A stretch of 64,000 bases of DNA from Octopus vulgaris (taxonomy: Eukaryota): NCBI GenBank assembly GCA_951406725.2, contig OX597831.1:47058001-47122000 (forward strand). The letters run 5' to 3'. Shown here piece by piece: positions 26,200 to 39,349 of the stretch. Below the pieces are notes generated by a model. The model was not told where the DNA came from. It did not search any database and was given only the letters and a program-made list of their open reading frames with translations. The position numbers were made by a program, and so were the translations under genes. Numbering within the stretch: the first letter of the stretch is position 1; each line of letters begins with the position of its first letter.

Positions 26200-27413
26200 C
26201 TAGATATCAGTAAAGGCAGACTTAATTTCTAAAAATTCGTCACCCAGAAAATGTTCATATTGCCCTAGAAATTCGTCCATCGCCCACCTGTAAGTTGAAA
26301 TCGCCCACTTTGGGAAGCTATGGTCTATATACTTTGGTACTTGACTGGTGTCCATTATTTTCTCCCAGTATTCAAAGTCTTCATTGTATTTAATTATTTT
26401 TGACATTTGATCCTGGGTTACCAGTACACAATTATAACGCCATGGTATCCCAGTATAAGTTGCCATATTTACGGTTATTACGTCTTCCCGAGTGTCTATC
26501 TCATTGCAGAGTTCTGTATTTGTATCATCGTATAATACTACGTATTTTCTTTTTTCACAGGCCGGGAGAGGAGAAGTGTTGGGGTTGTTGTGTGTGCCCG
26601 TTTTTCTCTGTGTCGGAGGGGAGTGGAGAGGTTTGGCGTCTGTAGGGGGGAGGGTGGGGCAAAGTGGGTGTAGGTGTGTGTTGGGTGGATGTGGGGTTGG
26701 GGTCTGCATCCACATGATGTACTTTTTTCCTATTTTTTCTTTTTCTCTTTCCAACCGTTTCCCTCTAATTCCGTTCTTTGTTTGCTTCTTCTTCCATAGT
26801 ACTTGGGTTTTCTTTTGTTGTTGTTGGAGATGCGACTTCCTCCCTGCTTACGGCTTTTTCTTGGGTTTTTTTGGGCGACTGAGGACAGCCCGTTCTAATG
26901 TGGCCTTTTAGACCACACTTGTAGCAACGCGGGGTCCTGCCCTCCACTCTGACCTTGATTATCACGTCATCTATACCGACAGCTTCTACTTCCGGGGACG
27001 CTTGGATAATCATATCCAGGATCTGTCCTTGCCAATTCTTATGAGCTGTTCTTGTGACCTGGAGGACCACTATCTTATCTTAATTGCCTAGCAGTATGGC
27101 AGCTACTAGCCAGGCTACGTCAATCTCGGGTGGTATATCTTCTACCCTAACCCTGGAAGCACGTCTCCCAAGGTATATGGGTAGAAGCACCGCTTCTGTT
27201 TTTAAGAGAGGTGCCGAGTATAACCTGGCAGTAGCTAGCTCTCGGAAACGCACCTCCAGTGTTCCGTACCTCTTTCCTCTGGCAAGGTATGAAATTCCTT
27301 GCCAGATTGCTATCAAGGCTTTTTCAAGGCTCGTCCATTATTTAGACAGATTTCATTAGTTCCTCCTCGGAAGACATAAGCTCCTCGGAGGTGAGGTTTT
27401 CGTATTCCATCAT
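26200..27413 (-). mobile_element. Disrupted gag/ORF1-like gene of a non-LTR (L1/Tx1-like) element with a CCHC zinc knuckle
   Basis: Consecutive broken frames: MMEYENLTSEE..., RYGTLEVRF...RVRVEDIPPEI, KVRVEGRTPRCYKCGLKGHIRTGCP (CX2CX4HX4C), then a basic/Pro-rich tail. No ORF2 follows. Confidence 0.65.
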
Positions 27414-28260
27414 TAATACTTGGGCTAACCCTCTTCTTCGAAGGGGGAAAGCGTCAACAGACTGCCGCAAGGCAGTAAAACAAGTGTAACAAAGTGTTTA
27501 AAAAACACGAAACAATTTTAACGATAAACGATAACACACACATACGTCAATGCTGTGCAGAAAAAGAACAATTTGATAGATGGTCTAGAACCAACCGATG
27601 CCGAGCCTAGGAAGAGGTGAGCTTTTATAGCTGACAGGCAGGCTCAAATGCTTGTTTGGAACAGACTGTCTCACATGACTTATTTGAAAGCTGCGATTGG
27701 TTGGGTTGCATATTGGCGCACGATAGAGTGAGAGACAAATTGCACCAGTATCAACCAATCGGAGTGGTAGACACAAAGGGTTCCAAAACATCGCCAAAGG
27801 TTAGCTGTTACCTGCAACGTTCGTATGTACTTAATATAAAAGAGGAAGCTCACTAGAGTTCGCCACACATACATATGAAGTTTCCATTTATCAAATATCA
27901 CTCACAGGCTGTTGACTAAACTGAGATTGTGGTAGAAGACACTTGTTCAAAGTGTCATGCAGTGGGAATAAATGGTAAACAACATGGTTGCAAAGTGAAC
28001 TTCTTGAACTACACAGCGTGTTGTTGATGATATGTGTGCATACATATATTGAACTATACATTCACACATACATAAACACATGCGCATGCACATACGCACA
28101 GACACAAATATATATATATGTATGTAATCATATCAAAGGGAAATGGAATTTAATTAAAATTAAAAACATTTAATCAAAATTTACATTTCCAGTGGTCTAA
28201 CGTGTAAAAAAAATTAAGTCAAAAAGACTAAATTATGTGTTTAAATATACACTATATCGT

Positions 28261-28273
28261 ATGTATGTATATG

Positions 28274-28362
<89 letters not shown>

Positions 28363-28420
28363 ATGTATATATATACATATATATATATATCTATATGTAC
28401 ACGCACACGCACACACACAC
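28261..28420. repeat. (TA)n/(CA)n microsatellite
   Basis: Seen directly; it explains the YIYI ORFs. Confidence 0.95.
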
Positions 28421-29175
28421 AGAACCAACCAATAGTGTTTCTCGTACGAGTGGAAACTAGATGGTAATTTGCTTATAGAAACTTTAACCTGTTTCAACTA
28501 TTGTCATCAACTTACCATAGCTAGCTTCTTGCTTTTAAACTGCAACTTCTTTTTAATGATGTTTATTCGCCATAGAAATCTGTAAACTGCCTGTGGAAGG
28601 CTAAAATCTCTTTCTGTTAATGAGCGCGCGCGCGTGTGTGCATGTGCGTGCGCGCTGACTAATGGTTCCCTTGTTTATTTGCCTTTTGTTCGTAAGCCTT
28701 TTGCTATTACACTTCATAAGTTACACCCACCATTAGAGAGAAAGGAATAAACCAAAAGTGGAAGAACTGGTGGGGAGTAGATTACGTGGGTGGTACGTGG
28801 GTGAAGTGCAAAGCACTTCTGAGATGTTATTTAATTTTTCTGCGTACTTATAGATATATAATATTCTTGTATAACCAATTTCTAGAAACGTAAGTGTTTA
28901 CATCCCACGTGTGTGTGAGTTGTAGTTGAGTGTAAAAAAATCCTTGTATGACACAATATAATCATGCTGGGTGGTAGATCTTCTGAGCGCCAGGCCGAAC
29001 ATGCCACCCATTTTAAAACCAACACATTCCTCTCTTGCAAGCATTCAGACCAGACCTTTAATCCCCAACTAGTTCCTTCTACGTCCATATTTTGCCAGCT
29101 GACATTTATTTACCTGAAGAGAAACTCTTTAGTTGGACATTGGGCCAGATTGATTTCACCATTCAAATTTGATAT

Positions 29176-29350
29176 GGCAGTAGTGGTGGTGGCGGCGATG
29201 GCTGCGGCGGCGGCGGCGGCGGTGGTCGTGGTGGTCGTGGTGGTGGTCGTGGCGGTGGTGGTGGTCGTGGTGGCGGTGGTGGTCGTGGTGGTGGTCGTGG
29301 TCGTGGTGGTCGTGGTCGTGGTGGTCGTGGTCGTGGTTGTGGTCGTGGAG
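29176..29350. repeat. GC-rich (GGT/GGC/CGT)n compound trinucleotide repeat
   Basis: ggcggcggc...ggtggtcgtggtggtcgt run. Confidence 0.9.
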
Positions 29351-31319
29351 TTGTGACGATCAGGAACATTGTTACACCTTCTTCGATTAACTTATAATAA
29401 AAAAAAAAAAGCATGAATAATTAGGTGTAAGAGACACAGGTTCAATATTTTAAAACAAATTAAGGCGGCGAGCTGGCAGAAACGTTAGCACGCCGGGCGA
29501 AATGCTTGGCGGTATTCCGTCTGCCGTTACGTTCTGAGTTCAAATTCCGCCGAGGTCGACTTTGCCATTCATCCTCTCGGGGTCGATAAATTAAATACCA
29601 GTTACGCACTGGGGTCGATATAATCGACTTAATCCGTTTGTCTGTCCTTGTTTGTTCTCTCTGTGTTTAGCCCCTTGTGGGTAATAAAGAAATAGGTATT
29701 TCGTCTGTCTTTACGTTCTGAGTTCAAATTCTGCCAAGGTCGACTTTGCCTTTCATCTTTTTAGAGTCAATAAATTAAATACCAGTTGCGTACTGGGGTC
29801 GACCTAACCGACTGGCCTCCCTCAAAATTTCGGGCCTATTGCCTTGAGTAGAAAAGAATATTTTTAAGTAAATTATTCTGAATTCTTCAAACCGAACCAA
29901 CTGCAAAAGACCTAAAGACAGACCAAGTGTGAGATGACTGAATGATATCCATCGTCTCAGTTGGCCATATTAAGGAATCTAGCAAGAAAATTTCATGATG
30001 GTTGCTTCTAATAGAGAAATTGACTGAAGACTTTATCCCCACAACCCTTCTAGGAATAGTGGGTGGCAAAAATGGACAGATGAAATACCACTGTAGTATT
30101 TCATGTACTATATAAACACAAATTGGTGAAGTAGTAAGCGATGGTAAAGAAGGGGGCAATATATCTTACATTAATTAATAATATTGTTCCTGTGTTTGTA
30201 AGAACAAGATAAAGGAGGAAATTTATGAACATATTTCTTCCTTTTCTGTTCTTGCTACTCAATGCAGTGGTGATTTTGTTGATCATTACAATTTGGAAGA
30301 CTTCCACATCCTAATAGATAATGAAGACCAATTAATGAAATTGATGTTATTGGCAGAGACACACAACATGAAATTGAGGATCTACCAAAACTAATGGGGA
30401 AAAGAGATTTCTGGTGTGATGTGGTGAAGTGCATCTCAGTTGTAGGTGCTTGATGAAGAATATCATTGTTCTGAAGAACTAAGTTTATATTTCACTGGAT
30501 TCAATCTTTGCCGTTCATCTCTCCATATTTGTGTGTTTGTATATGTCTTAAGGCTGTATCATGCGCGGAGACATAGAAATAATCGGACTGAATACCCAAT
30601 TGCGCGGTTAAACCATTGGGAGTGAAGGACTCGTAGCCTTTGTTAGGGCATCCTTCTAGGAGAAGGTAACTCAGGTATCTGGGATAACTCCGACATAAAA
30701 CCTGTGGCTCAGTGGTTACCGATGATGCTAACTAGTTCTTCTTTTCAGAGTATGGCTACTGTTGCTTAGTGAGTGAGATTGACTCGGTGCACAGCCTTTC
30801 CTCACTTTAAAAAAATCTTCTTGCACAGGCATTGCATGATAACAACATTGATTAAGCTTCGTGCAATGGCCATACTCGATAACGAGGGGGCAGCTACCAT
30901 GTATGTATGTATGTATGTATGTATAGATATAATTAACAGTGTGTCCATCTACTTGTGTGTGTATTTGTATGAATATATATATCTGCCAACATCACCTTGT
31001 TCTCTCCCTCTCTCTCTGTCTACACACATGCTGTTAACTGCAACATGTCTCACAGTATTATTCTCTCCTCTCCTCCCTACCCTTTCAGCTTGATAATTAC
31101 AAGTGATTAATCTGGCTATGATCTCTTTGTATTAAAGTACACATTTTTGTTTCTCTTTCTCTTTTCGTTCTATTTTTGCTCTCTTTCTTATTCTCTTTCT
31201 CTCATTGTCTTGGACCCTGTCTCTTGGTAATCTATCTCTATTCTTATGACACACTCGTCTTTTTTACAACTCTTTCACTTCTTTTCATAGGAGTTCTTCA
31301 CATACCTATCCTTATATGC

Positions 31320-31350
<31 letters not shown>

Positions 31351-31698
31351 GTGGTCGTATACTGTCAACTCAATGTGACAGTCCCGTAAAGGAATTACAC
31401 CACCGCCATTTAGCCCTAGGAAACATCGATGTCTCCTGTCGGCTTTGACACATTTTCTGTGTCCTTATATTTGCAAAGAGGAGGCAATCACCCCCGCAAG
31501 CCGGGACAAGGCACCTGAAGACATATATATATATATATTAATAAAATTATCTTATTCTACATGTGAGAGGGGTTTCTCCCCCTTAAACTTCTGGATTCAT
31601 TTCCTACATAAGTTGATGCTTTTTATTGATAACGCTTTTCTGTGTATTTATATATAAATGTAAATGTCTTCCTAAATAAAAATGCACTTCATGTTTGA

Positions 31699-31779
31699 AG
31701 CTCTGATGGAGCTATAGGCTGATATACAAACATTCAACTATGAGTGCATTGCATCTTATAGCAGAAACAACAGTAAGCT
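31699..31779 (+). ncRNA. Hammerhead-like motif with extended stem II (one core deviation)
   Basis: AGCU-CUGAUGG-A-GCUAUAGG...CUUAUAGC-A-GAAAC aaca GUA-AGCU. Stem I is AGCU/AGCU, stem II is 8 bp, and the cleavage triplet is GUA. Confidence 0.45.
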
Positions 31780-33318
31780 AATGGGGATCATAACATAATT
31801 TCTTATTCCTTCGACATTGTAATTTCTTATTACTGCTCTTTAAGTGTCTGAAGCTTTGATCACAAGTCTACTCAATTTAAGACTAACTTGCAACAACAAC
31901 AGCAAATGTGTATCTAATCATGAGTCAGTGAAATAACCCCTATAGGATTAATCATTCTGCTAGAACAAGCAGACAATTCTCCCTCAAAATACACTCCCTT
32001 TTTTAAAAAGTTTTTCACTGATTTTGCAGATTCCAGTGATTCTCTGTCACCATCCATTTCTATTATTATGAATTTGAATCGAGAACTTGAGTCATAGAGA
32101 AGCTTTCATTGGCTGGTTACACAACCATGGATGCTGCTCCCTATGGATGTGTTCAGTTACCCTTTCGATCCAAACCCTTAATCTTCTAGGATTTCTCAGC
32201 TCAGCATCAATGTAAGAAGCACTATTGCTCAGTCAAGCTCTTCCACTACCTCTCCACAATCTTATTTCTTTCCTGCCCACATGGGACTAAACATAGAGGG
32301 GATAAACCAGGACAGACAAAGGGATTAAAGTCGATTACATCGTTCCCTGTGAGTAACTGGTACTTAATTTATCGACCCCGAAAGGATGATAGGCAAAGTC
32401 AACCTCGGCAGAATTTGAACTCAGAACGTAAAGACAGACGAAATGCTACGAAGCATTTCACCCGGTGTGCCAACGTTTCTACCAGCTGCTACCTCATCAC
32501 AATCTGCCATGCTGCAGTCCCATGACTTCACCATAGGGAGGCTGAATGGGTGTGGTACCTTGTCAAAGGGCAGTCTGTAACTATACTGAGACATGGTCAT
32601 CTCTCCAAGAAGTATTTTCAAAATATCCTTGCATACCCACCAATTATATCATGCTCTACTATCGTATACTTTATCAGTAATATAGAAATAGAAAAAAAAG
32701 TGCAATAATAGCAGAAATAATACAAGAAAGTGTAACATGAACAGCTGTTATTCATAACATTCTGAACAAAATTTAAGTGTCCTCATCAAATAACCACATG
32801 CTCTGTCAATTATATTCGTCAGTAAACCATCTTGTTAAACTATATAATTATTGTAACTGAATTTTTTACTTATTTATTTATTTACTATTTGTTTGCTTGT
32901 TTATTATTTGTTTGTTTATTATTTATTTATTGTTCTTATTTAGCCATATAGTCTTTATTTTCCATTTCAAGTACCAATGTAAAAACTTCTTGGTGAGCAG
33001 GTAATTTTTTTTTCTTTTTTATGTCGCTGCTACTTAACCCCAGGTCAGCTCTGATTGATCAGGAAACCACTAATGAAAGGCATTCCAACTAAGACCATTC
33101 CCTCTTATTTTTAGACATTGTGCACCTAAAAATTACAGTATTAAATAGGGCTGCCTTTTTTTGGGGGGGGGGGGTGTTTTGAAGAAAAATTTGCAACTGT
33201 TTCTAGCCTGTCAAGCAACCCATCCTTCCCTAAAGAAGCTAAATTGTTGACTTGGATTATGTCAGCTTGTAAGTTTAAGTAACAATCACGTGACCATGCA
33301 AATCAGTAAATGAGCCTC

Positions 33319-33556
33319 TATGTATGTATGTATGTATGTATGTATGTATGTATGTATGTATGTATGTATGTATGTATGCAATATGCATGTATGCAATATG
33401 CATGTATGCATGTATGTATGCAAGTATGTATGTATGCATGCATGTATGCAAGTATGTATGTATGTATGTATGTATGCATGCATGTATGCAAGTATGTATG
33501 TATGTATGTATGTATGTATGTATGTTGTATGTATCCAATATGTATGTATGTATGTA
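33319..33556. repeat. (TATG)n microsatellite with TGCA variants
   Basis: Seen directly. Confidence 0.95.
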
Positions 33557-33732
33557 CCAAACTTGGGCACCAAACTGTTAATCGTTAATTAACGAAGTTA
33601 GCATTTTCAATAATGATTTAACTTTTAAGTTAACTTTGGAAATCATTATTGGGCTAATTAACTTCTGTTACATTTAACTTCTATTAACTCGAGTCCACTT
33701 GAGTTAACTTCTGCTGACTCAAGTTGCTGCAA

Positions 33733-33879
33733 CAATCTTTAAGCTCAAGGACTTGAAATTCAAGGGCCTCGTCTACTGCAGCCCCTTAGTTGATGCAATT
33801 TTGGCAGGCATTGACAAAAAGTTTAGGACCCTCCTGAAGGATGAGGAATGCCAGGTGGCTGCTGCCTTCCACCCCAAGT
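33733..33879 (+). mobile_element. hAT transposase C-terminal fragment
   Basis: IFKLKDLKFKGLVYCSPLVDAILAGIDKKFRTLLKDEECQVAAAFHPK resembles the hAT (Ac/ZBED-like) ...RF.....AA..HP.K region. Confidence 0.55.
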
Positions 33880-34845
33880 GATTTTGTTATCATTTAGCTG
33901 AGGTAAGATGGCAAGCTGGCAGAAGCGTTAGCACGCCAGGCAAAATGCTTTGCGGTATTTTGTCCATCTTCTGAGTTCAAATTCCACAGAGGTCGACTTT
34001 GCTTTTTATCCTTTTGGAGTTGATTAAATAAGTACCAGTTACGCACTGGGGGCGATGAAGAAGACTACCTCCGCAAAAAATTTCAGGCTTTGTGCCTATA
34101 GTAGAAAGGATTATTAAGCTGAGGTGAAATTTGACTGTTACCCACCTAGGGGGTCAATAAAGTAAAGTACTTGTCAAATTGTCATTGTCATCATCTATCC
34201 TGGGCTTTGACAGTCCATTGATGACACTTCTCTTGTGCCACCAATTACTACCCACCCCCCACGCACAACTTCCATCCCTCATTCTCATCATCATCCCTTT
34301 TCACACTATTTTCACTGATTACTTCCTTTCTCAGCCTCCACTCATCTCCTCTCTTCCTCCACCGTACCCCATCTTAATACCTCTTATACCTGTTGCTGTG
34401 CCACACTCACTGTAGCCACCCTTATCTCCCTCAACATTTCCTGCTCCACTCTCCCTAAGCCTTGGTCATCTTTCCCTACTTCCTTACCTCTCATCCCTGA
34501 GTAACCTCTTTCTTTCTCTCGCTTTAACCACCCACCCTCACCCATATTGATATCTCCCACCATGCTGCACCTCCACCCATTTCATCACTCACTACACTCA
34601 TCTCTACCTCCACCTCTAACCCTCTGTTACTCCTCCCTTCACATTCTTATAACCACACACCCTTTCCCTTTACCCTCCTCATTCACTGATCATGTCCTCT
34701 CTTGTGCTCACTTCCTTGCTCCTGGACAGTTTACTCTGGTACTCTTTCACTACCCTGTTTATTTTCTTCTTCTCAGTTACTCCCACCCACCCTTATGAAA
34801 TGCAGAGTGACCATCTCCTCTATAGCATCTTTAGATGTTATAGAC

Positions 34846-35535
34846 CAGTATTTCTCAACCATTTTACCCTTGCATAACCCTTAAAATAAATTACATGTCT
34901 CAAGGAACCCTTGCACAAAAATATCTTTTACATATTTTTTTCATCGCAGCTCACGTGGTAAATATCATATATATATATATATATATATATATGGTTGTTA
35001 TATATTTTTGACAGCATAATAGGTTAGGTAGGATGATATCTATATTACAATATTATAATAACCAATAATATGTTGTATATCTATAGTAATATTGTTTGTT
35101 TGTTGTTTGTTCCTTCTTGAGCCATGCCCAGTTTCATTGGCATATAGGTTCCCCACCTGGACGGGACGCTTGTCTGTTGCAGGCGAGCTGCTAAATGCAG
35201 GCGAGCTGCTAAATGCAGGCGAGCTGCTAAATGCAGGAGTGAGTGAGAGAAAGTGGTGGCGAAAGAGTCAGCAGAAGTTTGCCATTACCTTCTGCTGGAG
35301 TTGCGTGAAGCTTAGGTGTTTCACTCATAAACACACACATCACCTGGTCTGAGATTCGAACCTGTGATCCCTCGATTGCAAATCTGCTGCTCTAACCACT
35401 AGACCATGTGCCTCCATGTATAGAAATATTACAATCATGAAATTAGCATTAGCTTATCTTACTTTTTCTTGGGGAACCCCCTAGGAACCTTTTGTGTAAC
35501 CCTAGGGTTCCGGGGACCCCAGTTGAGAAACACTG
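34846..35535. mobile_element. hAT (Charlie/Buster-like) MITE with a nested SINE (~35090-35417, minus)
   Basis: TIRs cagtatttctcaac / gttgagaaacactg. Degenerate 8-bp TSD ttaTAgac / ctaTAaac. The nested tRNA-headed SINE has a family-C-like head and three 18-bp repeats gcaggcgagctgctaaat. Confidence 0.7.
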
Positions 35536-36885
35536 CTATAAACCATCTCCTTTATAGCATCATACCTGCTCTTGTCCCTCTATCACACTTTAATCTCCCC
35601 ACACCTGGCATAAAACCAACACCCCTTTCCTTAAAATAGTGCCCCCACCACTAAGTCAAGGGGCCTTTTTCCTTTCTTTGTTCTGCTCCTGTCTTGCAAG
35701 TTATTTGGTTGCCTCACTAGTGCTGGTGGCATGAAACAAAGCACCCAGTACATGCTGTAAAGGGGTTTGCGTTAGAAAGGGCATAGAGGTGGAGAACGCA
35801 TGACAAAGCAGATGCTGGAGCTTGATGCAGCCCTGCTGTTTGCTGGGTCCTGTCAAATCAACCCAACCACGGGGCCAGGATGGAAAATGGATGTTTAAAC
35901 AACGAGGAGAAGGAATGATCACACACACACACACATTAGGAGGAGCATCCAGCCGTAAAAGCCCTGCCAAAACAGACACAGTAGCCTGGGGTGGTCTTCT
36001 ACCTATTTCATTATTACCCACAAGGAGCTAAACACAGAGAAGACAAACAAGGACAGACAAACAGATTAAGTCGATTATATCGACCCCAGTGCATAACTGG
36101 TACTTATTTAATCGACCCCGAGAGGATGAAAGGCAAAGTCGACCTTGGCGGAATTTGAACTCAGAACGTAACAGCAGACAAAATACGGCTACGCATTTCA
36201 CCCGGCGTGCTAACGTTTCTGCCAGCTCGTCACCTTATTGGGGTGGTCTTCTACCGTCCTACACCTGCATGCATGGAAAACAGATGTTAAACAATGATGA
36301 TGATGATGATGATGACAACGATGAGAGACATACATGCACACACCCACATACACATAGATGCACACATACACATATATAGATGCACACATGCACACATATA
36401 TAGATGCACGTGTGCGCTCACACACACACACACACACACATGTATATATCTATAATATAAATTGGACACGGGTGATCATTGTATTCTTTCTTGTCTTGAG
36501 GTTCACAGCCAAACGGCTGGGTGGATTTGCGTGAAAAATGGCACACATGTGGAGACGGGTGCATAGATTGGAATGCAATTTGTATTTTTTTCCTAGCATC
36601 CATACTTACCAAAAAAATCGATTAAAACTTTTTCTAATGGAATTCTCCTCTTTCTTCCGCCATTAAAACAACCAGTTGCTTAAAAGGTGTTTTCTGATGG
36701 GGTGGGGTCAGGAAATTTTCATATAGCGGGAGGCTCCAATTGAAACTGGGACCCGAAATGATAAGGTTGAGAAACGCTGATATAGATTATGCCTGACCGA
36801 AAACGATCACAGCCACATCATCCAAACAGACCAGGTGAAACCGGGCTTAGCTGCTAGTATATATATATACACACACACACTATAT

Positions 36886-38245
36886 CATCATCATCATCAT
36901 CATCGTTTAACGTCCGCTTTCCGCGCTAGCACGGGTTGGACGGTTCGACCGGGTCTGGGAAGCCAGGGGCCGCTCCAGGCTCCAGTCTGAATCTGGCAGA
37001 GTTTCTACGGCTGGATGCCCTTCCTAACGCCAACCACTCCGTGAGTGGATTGGGTGCTTTTTACGTGCCACCTGCACAGGGGCCGGAGGGTCCTGCATCG
37101 GTCACGATCGGTTCGAGCTTTTAACGTGTCAGCGGCACGGGGGCAACGAGGTCCGGGGTACTTTGGGGATCGGGGTACTTTGGGGATCCAGGGTACTTTG
37201 GGGATCCGGGGTACTTAGAATGGGTAGGGGGTATGTGGAATTGCTGCAGAAAGCAGCCCGGGTCTTTGTAGTCACAGCATATCTCCAGAGATCTCGGTCC
37301 TTCGCCATTGCCTCAGTGAGGCCCAATGCTCTGAGGTCATGCTTGACTACCTCATCCCATGTCTTCCTGGGTCTAGTGTCAGGAGAAAGCGTAAGATCGG
37401 TGGGCAGTTGATGAGCTATGGCGCTAGCAGCTTGTCTTTTCACAGTGAAAGCATATGAGGAGAAGGGGTAGTGGGGGGAGGAGGAGGGAGTAGGGCGTAT
37501 CCGGTGTAGATGAGTAGGGCGTATCCGGTGTAGATGGTGAGAACAGGGTATACTGGTATTGGTGGTGGGGGTGAGAACAGTGTTCACCGGTATTGGTGGT
37601 GGCGGTGAGAACAGTGTTCACCGGTATTGGTGGCGGGGGTGAGAACAGTGTTCACCGGTATTGGTGGTGGGGGTGGGGGGCGGGCGCACCGCCGATGGCG
37701 GAAAGATGGGGAAAGATGGGATTACGGCTTGAGGTAGCCTAAGGTTAAATTTCGTAGAGAGAGAGATAGGAAAGATAAATCAAGTTATGGCGAAGGCTTG
37801 AAAGTAGCCTAAAAGGTTAAATTTTCGTAGTGAGAGAGATGGGTAAGACGAATCAAGTTATCAATGTATGAATAAATGTAGTAACAACGAATGAATGTAT
37901 GTCGCGCTATGTATGGAAAAATAAAAATAGTAAGATAAATTTTTAAGAACTTGCTGCGGGCATCGACCGGGAGTTGAAATTGAAGAAGAAAGTAAGTTGA
38001 ATTGGGAATTTAAATTGTAGAATCGTAATGGTAATGGCGATTTTCAAGTTTTAGCATAAGAAGAAGAAGAGGAGGAAAGACCGCCGATGGCGGAAAGATG
38101 GGGAAAGATGGGATTACGGCTTGAGGTAGCCTAAGGTTAAATTTCGTAGAGAGAGAGATAGGAAAGATAAATCAAGTTATGGCGAAGGCTTGAAAGTAGC
38201 CTAAAAGGTTAAATTTTCGTAGTGAGAGAGATGGGTAAGACGAAT

Positions 38246-38248
<3 letters not shown>
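36886..38248 (-). mobile_element. Internally deleted RTE-like retroelement with a repeat-rich 5' region
   Basis: 3' (GAT)n tail, RTE C-terminus RPRKTWDEVVKHDLRALGLTEAMAKDRDLWRYAV, joined to unrelated sequence carrying 24-, 34- and 169-bp repeats. Confidence 0.55.
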
Positions 38249-38276
<28 letters not shown>

Positions 38277-39117
38277 CGACAGGCTTCTTTCAGCTTCTGT
38301 CTACCAAATCCACTCATGAGGTTTTGGTTGGCCCAAGGCTATAGTAGAAGACACTTGCCCAAGGTGCCATGCAGTGGGACTGAACCCAGAACCATGTGGT
38401 TAGGAACCAGGAGTGGCTGTGTGGTAAATAGCTTGCTTACCAGCCTCATGGTTCCCAGTTCAGTCTCACTGCTTGGCACCTTGGGCAAGTGCCTTCTACT
38501 ATAGCCTTGGGCTGACCAAAGCCTTGTGAGTGGATTTGGCAGATAGAAACTATAAGAAACCTATCATATATATATATGTATGTATGTGTGTGTATATGTC
38601 CCCCCCCCCAATATCGCTTGACAACCGATGCTGGCGTGTTTACATCACCATAACTTAGCAGTTCAGCAAAACAGACCGATAGAATAAGTACTAGTCTTAC
38701 AAAGAATAAGTCCTGGGGTTGATTTGTTTGACTAAAGGCGGTGCTCCAGCATGGCTGCAGTCAAATGACTGAAACAAGTAAAAGAAAAAAAGAATAAAAT
38801 CATATATGTATAAATATATACACATCCTTGAAAGTAGCACCTCAGAATGACCACTGTCCAGCAATTCAATATTTTATGTGTTTATCTTAATCTTATGTAC
38901 TTCGTTTTAAATAAACTAGTTTAGAACAAATAGTTGTTTGATTTTTTTCCTCCAATGTGATATTTTTATACTTGTTTACATATCTGTATGTAGCGTTTAC
39001 TGCTCTATGTAATTTGAAGGCCCCTCAACCGGACAAGAGCCATTCCTAAAACTAATTAACAAAGAGCCTTTGTTTACATTTAGATATTCTGTGAATGGGT
39101 GTGTGTATTTGTGTGTT

Positions 39118-39182
<65 letters not shown>

Positions 39183-39349
39183 ATTTGAGTTTTTGTGTGT
39201 ATGTTTGTGTGCACGTATGAATGTGTGGGTATGTATGTATATGGTAGGTAGTTATATATGCGTATATGTACTTTAATGCTTGTATGTGATTATGAGACAA
39301 TCCTTAATACATCAGGGATTCCCAGCTCTTCATTCTTCTTTAAATTAAA

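Noticed and set aside
28233-28497. YIYI, CVCV, MYVC, HTHT and LSIY-type ORFs here and at 12775, 13145, 33275-33592, 39052, 42386, 44083, 45862, 55195, 56151 and 57363
   Set aside because: Translations of microsatellites or SINE interiors, with no coding signal.
28964-29414. Poly-Val, poly-Pro/Arg and RGG-like readings of the GC-rich repeat
   Set aside because: The Gly/Arg frame has a TGA immediately upstream and no clear acceptor. A simple repeat explains it.
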